A stretch of DNA of 63,872 nt, the filler included, from Thraustochytrium aureum (Eukaryota): assembly GCA_012862495.1 (NCBI GenBank). It is 6 parts of 4 records of this genome, joined end to end, with 100 filler letters (N's around TTAATTAATTAA, not from the genome) between each part and the next. Parts side by side here need not be neighbours in the genome. Positions count along the whole stretch, not along the records: positions 5,113 to 15,959 come from BLSG01000308.1; positions 16,060 to 22,891 come from BLSG01000310.1; 4 more parts are not named here. One strand, 5' to 3'. The notes under the pieces are model-generated. The model was not told the origin of the DNA, did not search any database, and saw only the letters and a program-made list of their open reading frames with translations. The translations under genes were made by a program, and so were the position numbers. Every line of letters begins with the position of its first letter. The first letter of the stretch is position 1. Below are positions 11,001 to 20,818 of the stretch, piece after piece.

Positions 11001-11355
11001 CTCTTGGGCCAGGTGGCCGCTCGCACGCAGCGCCTGCACGCGGTCAGCGGTCACGTGCGTGTCGAAGCTGATGTTGTGCGTGATCATCACCGAGGGGTAC
11101 AGCGAGGCGTAGTCGAGCACCACGACGGGCTCGGGGTGGAAGCCCACCACCGGCGGCATGACGGCACCGCCCTGGTACCCGCGCTCGGAGGGGCCGCTCA
11201 TTGCGGCCCTGGTGGGGATGAAGAAGCGGCAGGCGTCGTCCTTGACGCAGTACTCGAGCAGCTTGCGCGTGAGTTTGCGCATCTCGCCGCCCGTGGTCAG
11301 GTCCGACATGATGCAGCCCAGCAGCTTGACCATCTCGATCGCGTTGGTGAGCAGG
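8003..11355 (-). CDS. polB: Family B DNA polymerase, giant-virus type, intein-containing, 5' incomplete
   Basis: Motifs YQGGAV, LDYASLYPS, QLATKVVCNAMYGFCG, YGD|TDS, KKMYCG, KGIGLTRRD, GDRVEFV and DTQYYL. It ends in PIP-like KSNILGFF and lacks the CysA/CysB module of eukaryotic Pol delta. Confidence 0.95.
8798..10586 (-). mobile_element. Intein with degenerate LAGLIDADG homing-endonuclease domain, inserted in PolB at YGD|TDS
   Basis: N-terminus SVVGPTPLLLR...TIEEL follows YGD (first codon 10586). Block B is VCTTDHSLF. The C-terminus VYDLTTSNHEFLAGAGSLIVSN precedes Thr of TDS. EN-like blocks are LAWLAGLYIGTN and RAFLSGVATAGG. Frameshifts near 10500 and 9210 and an internal N gap are present. 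Confidence 0.92.
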
Positions 11356-12536
11356 NNNNNNNNNNNNNNNNNNNNNNNNNNNNNNNNNNNNNNNNNNNNN
11401 NNNNNNNNNNNNNNNNNNNNNNNNNNNNNNNNNNNNNNNNNNNNNNNNNNNNNNNNNNNNNNNNNNNNNNNNNNNNNNNNNNNNNNNNNNNNNNNNNNNN
11501 NNNNNNNNNNNNNNNNNNNNNNNNNNNNNNNNNNNNNNNNNNNNNNNNNNNNNNNNNNNNNNNNNNNNNNNNNNNNNNNNNNNNNNNNNNNNNNNNNNNN
11601 NNNNNNNNNNNNNNNNNNNNNNNNNNNNNNNNNNNNNNNNNNNNNNNNNNNNNNNNNNNNNNNNNNNNNNNNNNNNNNNNNNNNNNNNNNNNNNNNNNNN
11701 NNNNNNNNNNNNNNNNNNNNNNNNNNNNNNNNNNNNNNNNNNNNNNNNNNNNNNNNNNNNNNNNNNNNNNNNNNNNNNNNNNNNNNNNNNNNNNNNNNNN
11801 NNNNNNNNNNNNNNNNNNNNNNNNNNNNNNNNNNNNNNNNNNNNNNNNNNNNNNNNNNNNNNNNNNNNNNNNNNNNNNNNNNNNNNNNNNNNNNNNNNNN
11901 NNNNNNNNNNNNNNNNNNNNNNNNNNNNNNNNNNNNNNNNNNNNNNNNNNNNNNNNNNNNNNNNNNNNNNNNNNNNNNNNNNNNNNNNNNNNNNNNNNNN
12001 NNNNNNNNNNNNNNNNNNNNNNNNNNNNNNNNNNNNNNNNNNNNNNNNNNNNNNNNNNNNNNNNNNNNNNNNNNNNNNNNNNNNNNNNNNNNNNNNNNNN
12101 NNNNNNNNNNNNNNNNNNNNNNNNTTCGGTTCTGCCCTGTCCGCGTCGGCGCGATCGATCGATCGCCGGACTGCGCGCTCCAATAGCGTTCGCGAGCGAA
12201 CCCTTCGCCCCACGTGGTTGGTCGTGTTTGTGTGGCGGCACACGCGCACCACAATAGGTCTCGATGAGATTGGGTCGGACGAAGAACCATGCAGAGCGCG
12301 TGGAGAGACAACTGTAGCGGGCCGACGCTGTGGCGGCGCGTATGTTTTTTTTGAAGCGCGTTGCGCAGGCGTTGCGCAGGCAGTGACTGGAGCGGGATGA
12401 AGCACATCGCCACGAAACGCAAGACCAGATTCACCAGACCCGTATCCAGACAGACCCTGAACGTAGCTGCAGCTTTCCCCGCTTGTGCTTTCACCACCGC
12501 GGTTCTCCCCTGTCTTTCTTTCAAGCAGCGAGCGCA

Positions 12537-13343
12537 ATGGCTGCGGTGGTCGGTGCGGTGGCTGTAGCCTTGGGCGCCGTGGCAGCGGCGGTGGCGGCGG
12601 GCATAGCGAGGATGGCCAAGTACACTGGCAAAGACCCGAGCAAGCACGGGGTGTACGAGCTCACTCCCGAGGACCCCAGGACGAACGGGTCTCATCAGAC
12701 TGCGAGCATCGACAGGTACCCTGACGACCTGAAGGTGCTCCCGCCCGAGATGAGAGAACGCGCGGCCACGCTGGGTCTGACCGTATTCAAACCCATCGCG
12801 GAGGGCACGAAGCTGCCGGGCGCGAAGGATAAGGAGGGCCGGCTGCTCGTCAACTCCGAGCACGTCAAGGGTTTCCAGGGCCTCGGCAAGGACCTGTCGC
12901 GCCTGTTCCACCTGCTCCTGATCCCGGCAATCGCGCACGACGCTGAGGCTTTTCCCGCTTGGGTCTTCAGCCTCAAGGCGAGCGACGCGCCGCTGCTGCG
13001 CAAGATGAAGGCGGAAGGCCTGGCGTTCCTGCGCGCCAACGAGGGCTGGTTCAGATCGAAGCACGCGCCGATATTCGACGGCAAGCCTATTGAGCATTGG
13101 TTGAGAGAGGAGAACGTGCAGTTCGGCTTCCACGTGCAGCCCACCATCGGCTACCTGCACATGCACATGCTCGTGGGAAAGCTCACCGACGAGGGCAACA
13201 ACGAGCACTACGGCAAAAACTGGCTGTCGCTGGACCGCGTTCTGCGGCACCTGGAGTCCGGAAAGGACATGAGTTCCATGTTGGCGGAGCTGCAAGCGCC
13301 TGGTGCGCCCGGCGTGCACCACGCGCCCGGACACTCGCTCTAG
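12537..13343 (+). CDS. HIT-family (DcpS/HINT3/aprataxin-like) nucleotide hydrolase with N-terminal hydrophobic anchor
   Basis: HLLLIP...DAPLLRKMKAEG...GFHVQPTIGYLHMHML...NWLSLDRVLRHL; N-terminus MAAVVGAVAVALGAVAAAVAAG. Confidence 0.75.
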   Translation: MAAVVGAVAVALGAVAAAVAAGIARMAKYTGKDPSKHGVYELTPEDPRTNGSHQTASIDRYPDDLKVLPPEMRERAATLGLTVFKPIAEGTKLPGAKDKEGRLLVNSEHVKGFQGLGKDLSRLFHLLLIPAIAHDAEAFPAWVFSLKASDAPLLRKMKAEGLAFLRANEGWFRSKHAPIFDGKPIEHWLREENVQFGFHVQPTIGYLHMHMLVGKLTDEGNNEHYGKNWLSLDRVLRHLESGKDMSSMLAELQAPGAPGVHHAPGHSL

Positions 13344-13398
13344 CTAAAGACCGAATGATGCAAAAATCGATTTACTTAGGTTGTTCTCCCCCTTCCCG

Positions 13399-14112
13399 CT
13401 ACGCCCCGCGCCAGGTCGCGGCGGCCTGCGCGTCCACGGCCGAGGGGATGTGCCAGGGGTTGCGCTCGAGCATGGGCCGCAACAGGTGCGTGTCCGGCTC
13501 GCGCACGACCAGTACTTGGCGGCGCTTGTGGTGCTGCAGGCCGGGGAAGTTCTCGTTGGTCTGGCTGAAGCGCGAGACCTCAATGCCGGGCCGCACGTTC
13601 CAGAGCCCCGTGGTGCTGTTCTCCATGAACTGCGCTCGCTGCGGGGCGCCCCCGTTGCCGCGCGTCTGTACGCCGGGAAAGTTCTGCAGCCAGCTCAGTC
13701 GTGAGGTCCCGTAGCCTGTGTGCACGTCGTGCGCCGGCGCCCACCAGAGCTGCTCGGCAACGCCATGGTTGCCCTTCTTGCCGCGCAGGGCGCTCAGCAG
13801 CTCGCTGGCGGCGGGGTGCTGCACTGCGTAGGCGCCGCGCCCGTACTGCGCCAGGTTGGGCTGCTCGATGCGCGGCTGGACGAAGACCGGCGTGCGCGCA
13901 CCGGGAAGGCTTCCGCCTCGACGCGAGTAGGAGTGCACGTAGGCAGGGACCACGTTGACGCCACTCGCAGCAAAGTTCTGCTGACCACCGGAGCCCCCCT
14001 GCTGGTCCACGTGTGCGGAGAATGTTGTAGGCACCGTCGAGCCCTCGTACTGCCAGCGGAACGGCCCGTCGCACAAGGGGTCCATGCCGCGCTCTGCGCT
14101 TGTCATCGCCAT
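13399..14112 (-). CDS. Hypothetical Gly/Gln/Pro-rich protein, possibly virion structural
   Basis: Open frame MAMTSAERG...LLRPMLERNPWHIPS; the 5' end abuts an N gap. Confidence 0.55.
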   Translation of the reverse strand: MAMTSAERGMDPLCDGPFRWQYEGSTVPTTFSAHVDQQGGSGGQQNFAASGVNVVPAYVHSYSRRGGSLPGARTPVFVQPRIEQPNLAQYGRGAYAVQHPAASELLSALRGKKGNHGVAEQLWWAPAHDVHTGYGTSRLSWLQNFPGVQTRGNGGAPQRAQFMENSTTGLWNVRPGIEVSRFSQTNENFPGLQHHKRRQVLVVREPDTHLLRPMLERNPWHIPSAVDAQAAATWRGA

Positions 14113-14663
14113 CGNNNNNNNNNNNNNNNNNNNNNNNNNNNNNNNNNNNNNNNNNNNNNNNNNNNNNNNNNNNNNNNNNNNNNNNNNNNNNNNNNNNNNN
14201 NNNNNNNNNNNNNNNNNNNNNNNNNNNNNNNNNNNNNNNNNNNNNNNNNNNNNNNNNNNNNNNNNNNNNNNNNNNNNNNNNNNNNNNNNNNNNNNNNNNN
14301 NNNNNNNNNNNNNNNNNNNNNNNNNNNNNNNNNNNNNNNNNNNNNNNNNNNNNNNNNNNNNNNNNNNNNNNNNNNNNNNNNNNNNNNNNNNNNNNNNNNN
14401 NNNNNNNNNNNNNNNNNNNNNNNNNNNNNNNNNNNNNNNNNNNNNNNNNNNNNNNNNNNNNNNNNNNNNNNNNNNNNNNNNNNNNNNNNNNNNNNNNNNN
14501 NNNNNNNNNNNNNNNNNNNNNNNNNNNNNNNNNNNNNNNNNNNNNNNNNNNNNNNNNNNNNNNNNNNNNNNNNNNNNNNNNNNNNNNNNNNNNNNNNNNN
14601 NNNNNNNNNNNNNNNNNNNNNNNNNNNNNNNNNNNNNNNNNNNNNNNNNNNNNNNNNNNNNGC

Positions 14664-15398
14664 ATGGACCCCGAAGCGCCTGCGACGGTGAAACCGCCCG
14701 CGCCAGGTGCGGCAGCGGATGGGCCGGCCCCGGTACCAAAACCAGATGACGAAGCGTCCGCTGCAGCAGCCCCCGTGGTTGCCCAAACGCCATCACCTGC
14801 CCCGGCCGCTGCCCCGGCCACAAACCCAGCCGCTGCCCCAGGCACTGCACCTGCCGCACCGGCACAGGCGCCGGCACAGGCGCCGGCACCGGCTACCGTC
14901 CCTCCTGTTCAGCGTACGGAAAAGGAGCAGGCCGAGATGGACGAGAAGATGCGCAAACAGAAGAAGGACCTGAGCAGAGCCAGGACGCACATGCGCCTGG
15001 CCATGATCCTGATCATGATTCTGCTCGTGGTTGTGGGACTTGTGATGGGCAGCGGGGGCGGCGGCGACGACGACAGCCAGGCTCCCGCCGCCGGGGCCGC
15101 CGCTGCAGGCGACGGTGACAATTCTGCCACTGCAAATGATGCCCCTAAAACTCCCAGCCCGGAGTGGTGGGAAGGCAAGGAGTACCTCGATAGCAACGGG
15201 AACGTGATCGACATTCGAAACGTGCCTGAGCTGTACCGGCCCATGAATGCGGCTGGGCCAGTTTTCTCAGCGATCGCATTTGTTGGCGCGCTGTTTGTCA
15301 TTTCTTCTTCAGGCAGGGTGCAGGACTCTGTCATTCGAACGATCTACAAGAGCGGTAAGAACGTCATTGGAACTATCAATAGCGGCAGCGGTCACTAG
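14664..15398 (+). CDS. Pro/Ala-rich two-TM membrane protein
   Basis: PAAAPA/APAQ repeats; TMs LAMILIMILLVVVGLVMG and VFSAIAFVGALFVIS. Confidence 0.65.
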   Translation: MDPEAPATVKPPAPGAAADGPAPVPKPDDEASAAAAPVVAQTPSPAPAAAPATNPAAAPGTAPAAPAQAPAQAPAPATVPPVQRTEKEQAEMDEKMRKQKKDLSRARTHMRLAMILIMILLVVVGLVMGSGGGGDDDSQAPAAGAAAAGDGDNSATANDAPKTPSPEWWEGKEYLDSNGNVIDIRNVPELYRPMNAAGPVFSAIAFVGALFVISSSGRVQDSVIRTIYKSGKNVIGTINSGSGH

Positions 15399-15460
15399 TA
15401 CAACAATCACTTCCAAGACAGATCGGGAGATCAAAAGCAAGCTTTTTTGGCGGTGTAGCG

Positions 15461-15959
15461 CTAAAGTGCCCCTCTGCGCAGCGCGGCGTTGTGCGCGAGC
15501 TCTGCGCGCAGCTGCTCCTCCAGCGCGGCTGCGCGGCTGCGCAGGCGAGTCTCCAGTGCGGCCTCCGCCGCCCAGTCGCTGTCTCGCTGCTCCATGACCT
15601 TGAACGAGTCGTCCAGCCCTGTATCGAACAGGCTGCTGGCACCTGGGTCGTCGTTGCTCGGGTCGGCGCCCACCTCCTCTCGCTCGCGCTGGCGACGGCG
15701 AATGGCGGCGGCGTCTCGGAGGGCTTCGTCACGTTGACGGGCCAGGCGGGCCAGCTCGGCGTCGCTGATTCGCAGGCGCTCAGCGGCCGCAGAGTCCACG
15801 ATAGCCTCCACTGCCGCAGACACGTTGGACGCGGGCTCGCTCTTGTCAAACTCCACAACGCGGACGCTCTCATCGAAGCGAACAGCGGTCGCTGGCTGGT
15901 CATCCTCCTCGCGGTAGCGCGCGGAAGGTCTGCGGAGCGCCGCTGGCGCGTGCTCGAAC
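15461..15959 (-). CDS. Coiled-coil hypothetical protein (5' truncated)
   Basis: Frame is open from the scaffold end: ...DQPATAVRFDESVRVVEFDKSEP...LEEQLRAELAHNAALRRGAL. Confidence 0.55.
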
Positions 15960-16059
15960 NNNNNNNNNNNNNNNNNNNNNNNNNNNNNNNNNNNNNNNNN
16001 NNNTTAATTAATTAANNNNNNNNNNNNNNNNNNNNNNNNNNNNNNNNNNNNNNNNNNNN
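15960..16059. other. Artificial scaffold linker (virus-like / eukaryotic boundary)
   Basis: TTAATTAATTAA at 16004-16015 within N-runs. Confidence 0.97.
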
Positions 16060-16668
16060 TCGACGTCCGAGCGCACGCCCTGGGTGGCGCACTCGACGTA
16101 GCAGGACTCGATCACGAGGCGGGCCTTGGTCGCGCACCTACTGAGTTCGACGTGAACCGCCGCGAGCCCAAGTTGCGCCCGACCTTCACCCGGCGCAGAC
16201 AAGGTCCAGTGCGCTGGTTGGGCGAACCAGGCAGGGCCCGCAGCTGGAGGCGCTGCCCAGCGACCAGGCCCTGGCCATGACGGCCGGCCCGCACTCTCGC
16301 GGGCGCTCGCAGGCGAGTGCCGGCGGCAGCGGCGCCATCCAGGGCGGGGCATCTTGACCTGTTCAAACTTTTGGTCGTGTCGCGTGTTCGCCACACGGGT
16401 TCACAGCAATTACTCTGTACTACAAGAACCAGCGCGATCCGGCCGCGACAGCATAAACAGGAGTACCGAGCAGCAGCCAACCAAACACAGCAGAGCGCGA
16501 AGGCGGAGCTCCAGCAGAGCGCGAAGGGGCCTCGCGCGCTGCGCAACGATCGCGCCAAGTTGTCTCGGCCTTGTCGCGGTGCTGTCGCGGTGTTGTCGCT
16601 GGTTTGTCGCGGGCTCGGCTCGGATTTGGCGCGATTTGACGCGATTCTGCGCGATTTTTGGCGCCGAG

Positions 16669-18199
16669 ATGGCCGACGACGCCGCGCTTGCGGCGACGAC
16701 GAGCGGCCCGGGCGTGGCGCCGGACGGCGCTGGGGAAAGCGGCGGCGCGATGAGGACGTCGCGGGTGATGGGCCTGCGGACGATGGCCGCGGGCCGTTTG
16801 TGAGGGCCGCCAGGGTCGTGCAGGAAGGGGAGCCGCTCGTGCTGTATGCGGGGCATAATGACATGAGGTTTGCTGCGGCGAAAAGTGGCGAGAAGCTGGG
16901 CCACCGGCACGGGATGTACATGATGAGTGACTTTGTTGGCGCGCGGCACGGGTCTGCGATGCAGCCCACGCACGCCAACTACTCGAAACGGAAGCGCAAC
17001 ACGAGACGCCGCGAGCAAAACTCGGCCCAAGTCGGCGGCTCGGTGAGCCTCCTGCCGGTCACGCCAGAGCTCTGGGCCGAGGCCGTCGAGCACCGCACGC
17101 AGATCACCTTTGCGCTGCACAACAACATGATTGCTGGCACCTCCACCTGCGACCGGGCAGCGTCGTGGTAGAGTCNNNNNNNNNNNNNNNNNNNNNNNNN
17201 NNNNNNNNNNNNNNNNNNNNNNNNNNNNNNNNNNNNNNNNNNNNNNNNNNNNNNNNNNNNNNNNNNNNNNNNNNNNNNNNNNNNNNNNNNNNNNNNNNNN
17301 NNNNNNNNNNNNNNNNNNNNNNNNNNNNNNNNNNNNNNNNNNNNNNNNNNNNNNNNNNNNNNNNNNNNNNNNNNNNNNNNNNNNNNNNNNNNNNNNNNNN
17401 NNNNNNNNNNNNNNNNNNNNNNNNNNNNNNNNNNNNNNNNNNNNNNNNNNNNNNNNNNNNNNNNNNNNNNNNNNNNNNNNNNNNNNNNNNACCGGGCAGC
17501 GTCGTGGTAGAGTCGGGCACAGGCAGCGGCGTGCTGTCGACCTTCTTGGCGCGCGCAGTGGCACCTACCGGCCAGGTGCACACGTTCGAGTTTAACGAGT
17601 CGCGCTTTGAGGCTGCCAAGGTGGACTTCGAGAGACTCGGCCTCAACAAGCTCGTCTCGGTGAACCACGCAGATGTCTACTCGGACGGGTTTGGCGACGC
17701 GTTGAACGGCAAGGCGGACGCGGTCTTTCTCGACCTGCCGTGCCCGTGGAAGGCGCTACCACACGCGGTAAAGGCGCTCAAGTCGTTTGGAAGGATTTGC
17801 AGCTTTAGCCCGTGCATCGAGCAGGTGCAGCGAACCGCAGAGCTCATGTCGCGCATGGGCTTCTCACACGTCAAGACCGTGGAGGCCTTGCTTCAGGAGC
17901 AGCGCATCTGGCTTGTGAAAACGGCTTTGCCGTCTTGCTTTGACCCGGAGCAGCCTCCCGAGTCGCTCAGCTCCCCGGACGTCATCGCAGCAGCGGACAA
18001 GGCGATCAGTGCTGCGGCGGCAGCGGATGCGGCAGTGCTTTCTTTTGACCCGGCCAACAAGGGCACCCCGGTTTTCCCAACCGAGTGCCGCTATCCAACA
18101 CAGGCCAAGTTTGGCGTCAAGACGAAGACTGAGGCAAACTGCTTTGACAAGATTGCGGGCCACACCGGGTACTTGACCTTTGCTTATGCACCGGTTTGA
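16669..18199 (+). CDS. TRM61: tRNA m1A58 methyltransferase catalytic subunit (GCD14 family)
   Basis: TPELW...HRTQI, PGSVVVESGTGSG, DAVFLDLPCPW, CSFSPCIEQVQRT and GHTGYLTFA. Frameshifts are present, and the gap flanks overlap (17152-17175 equals 17491-17514). Confidence 0.92.
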
Positions 18200-18464
18200 C
18201 TGCATGGGTGACCCCAGTGTGCTAGGGTTGGTTTCTTCTCCGTTCTGGGCCGGCCGGGCCAGCTGCGCGCGGAACGGGAGCCGATGGAATTGCTAGTGTG
18301 CTGCAGGCGAGCCGGCGCGCGGGCGCGCTCGCGGACTTGGAGGGCCTTGCGCCCCAGCGGCTGTCTTGCTTTCCAGTTGCCGGCTTTCGGCCGCACAACG
18401 GAAGGCGCAAGGTGGGCGCAGGCGGCGACAGCACAGCAAGCAATTCCGAAGCTCAAGCAAGATC

Positions 18465-19439
18465 TCACTTGTAGGCCGCTTCCACGCCAAAGTTTTCCAA
18501 GACCGATTTTTGCAACCGTGACATTGTCTCCTCGATGGCGACGAGGATGTCCGAATCCGTTTGTGCCCGATGCCCCGCAAGCCCGCCTTGCATAGCCTGT
18601 ACCTGCTCGATGCGTGCGTGCGTGTGACCAACGTGACGCTCCTCAGCCCGGTCAGAGTCCCGTTCCTCGTTGTAGAGGTCTTCTTCAAATAGAATAAAAC
18701 AGTCCTTGCGCTTGCGCGTAACCTCGGTCATATTCTCTCGCACAGCGTGCACGTGGTTCTCGAAGCGCTCTTCAATCTTCTTCTCGCGTCGCAAAAGCTT
18801 TGTGTTGTCGATTTCAAAAGTCTCCTGGGCCTTGATCAAGTGCCGGGTCACTCGGCCCGACTGGTTTTCGATTGTCTCTGGCACGGTCACGTTGACAAAG
18901 TGGTCAAAGTCGTCCTTCCAAGCGTTGAGCCTGTCAGTTGGCGGCGGGATCCAATCGTCGCTGACCACGGCTACAGATGCCTCAAGCTCCTCGTCAACGT
19001 GCCCGACTGCTTGGGCGAGGTGAGCCTCGAATCGGGCTTTCGCCGTGGCTAGTTGCGCAGCGCGATCCTCGACTTCCTCGCCAACTTTGAGCTTGAACTC
19101 GGCGATGCGGGTGCGGAGGTTGGCGACATTCTCTTTGAATATTCTCTCCTTCTCAAGTGCCTGGTCGACGAGAAACTTTTTTTTGTGATCGAGCTCTCGT
19201 GAGCGCGTCGCTAGCCCGTCGTACCGCTTGGACTTGTGCAAGTCCGTCTCTGGTGCCGTCTCCTGCGCGAATCCCGAGCCCAGTCAGCCAGCCGCCGTTG
19301 AGCCGCGTCAGCGTTCCTCTTCAAGACCCCGACTTACCACCAGCCGCGTCGGCCCATTGCGCGGCGCGACGTACAGCGTGTCGCGCTTGATGAGCTCCTC
19401 GTCGTCGACGTCGTTGTTGACTTGTGCCGCGCGCGACAT
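18465..19439 (-). CDS. SF-assemblin/beta-giardin-like coiled-coil protein (one intron, 19263-19337)
   Basis: ATG 19439 opens a 34-codon exon, followed by a GTAAGT...CTGAC...CAG 75-nt intron. Exon 2 is in frame (ETAPETDLHKSKRY...). About 300 aa of coiled coil ending DSDILVAIEETMSRLQKSVLENFG. Confidence 0.6.
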
Positions 19440-19967
19440 TATCGTCAAGCACGCGCGCAGCGACAGCGCCAGCAGCCGAAAAGCGAAGCAATCACCAAGT
19501 AGTCAGACCGTCCGCGGGACCAGGTCCCGTCGGCGGTCTGCTCCACGGCGCCGCGCCGTCAAGCCCTCGAGGGTCCGCCACAAAAAGTTACCGTTGTAAA
19601 TCGCGTATTCCGGTACTATGAGATACTTAATTGCCACATTTTAGGGAAAATCGCTGGATAATGACCCCATTTAAACAAAGCATTTTCTTTCGCTCGCATG
19701 CTGAAAAGGGCAGGTGCCAGAAAAACCTTTGTTTATCGCTGTTAACGGAATACGAGGGCCTGCCGGTGAGCGCATTGGAGACGGAGCCCAGCCTCGCAGA
19801 CGGGACCAACAGACAGACAGACAGACACGTAGACACGCAGACACCGAACGCAGACGCGCGTCAAAACATCGCCAAGGGCAAGGAGCCCTTACCACTCGTC
19901 GATTCGGTTGCCGGGATCGCGTGGAAACGGCTGCAGCGCGAATAGGCTCCAAGCAGCGGACCCCGTC

Positions 19968-20729
19968 ATGGACCTTCTCTCGCTGACCAAGTCGCTCAAG
20001 GCGCAGGCCGCGGTCGACAAGAACGAGAACAGCTCGCTCGGATTTCTGCTGAGCGCGAACGGCCAGGTGGAGAGCGGTGACTTTAAAGGCGAGGATAGGC
20101 TTTACGTCAAGTATGATTTCACGTATGGGCAGCACTGGGACATTGTTCAGGGCGTGGACAAGGGCATCTCGCAGATCGCGCTAAAGTCGGAGGGGTCCGA
20201 CGGAACGATTGTGTGGAACTTCCCCATTGATATTCTCTTCAAGAGCCTCAACGCGCACGGCTGGCCGCGGCTCGTCGTGTCCGTGTTTGGGATCGACGCG
20301 CTCGGCCGCGATGTCGCGAGAGGCTACGGGTCAATGCACATTCCAACACGGCCCGGCTCGTACACGCGCAAAGTACGCTTATTTCGCCCAATCTGCTCTT
20401 CGTACTTGCAGCAATTTGTGGCTTGGATGCGCGGAACGCAGCCCGAGTTTTACGACTCGCGGTTCGTCTCGCGATCTGACGGGCGCGACGTGACACGTGT
20501 TGAATCGGCCGGTTGCGTCACAGTCCAGATCAACGTGCTCTCGCGCGGCATGACCGCGCAAGGGTACGGGGATGGGACGCGTCTTCCAGCGCATTTGCTA
20601 AAATCTGCGGCACCTGCGCGGCTGCAATCCGCGGACGGAGAGGGAGGCCCGGCAGTTTCGAGCGCGCTGTCATCGACATCGTCATTGAACCACGGTAGCC
20701 GCACGCCGTTGCAGTCTCGTAACACGTAA
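19968..20729 (+). CDS. B9D1: B9 domain ciliary transition-zone protein
   Basis: NGQVESG...GISQ...VWNFPIDILFKSLNAHGWPRLVVSVFGIDALGRDVARGYG...PEFYD...GRDVTRVES. Confidence 0.9.
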   Translation: MDLLSLTKSLKAQAAVDKNENSSLGFLLSANGQVESGDFKGEDRLYVKYDFTYGQHWDIVQGVDKGISQIALKSEGSDGTIVWNFPIDILFKSLNAHGWPRLVVSVFGIDALGRDVARGYGSMHIPTRPGSYTRKVRLFRPICSSYLQQFVAWMRGTQPEFYDSRFVSRSDGRDVTRVESAGCVTVQINVLSRGMTAQGYGDGTRLPAHLLKSAAPARLQSADGEGGPAVSSALSSTSSLNHGSRTPLQSRNT

Positions 20730-20818
20730 AGCAAAAAGGAACAGAACCTTGTGTCCCGTCGAGGCGCTTTGTTGCCCACCCTCCGGCAGTCGGCGGCACA
20801 GCATTCATTTTTATAACT

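Noticed and set aside
8003..11355. Host DNA polymerase delta
   Set aside because: No C-terminal Cys clusters, a virus-type intein, a PIP-like terminus and orphan neighbours.
10350..13334. Very long ORFs in the supplied track that span N runs, and Arg/Ala-rich antisense ORFs
   Set aside because: Artefacts of N read-through and high GC shadowing real genes.
15960..16059. Virus-host junction proving integration
   Set aside because: The boundary is an artificial linker, so adjacency carries no information.
17152..17514. Direct repeats flanking gaps (also ~53429-53448 and ~53663-53681) as target-site duplications
   Set aside because: They are overlapping contig ends; merging them restores continuous coding sequence.
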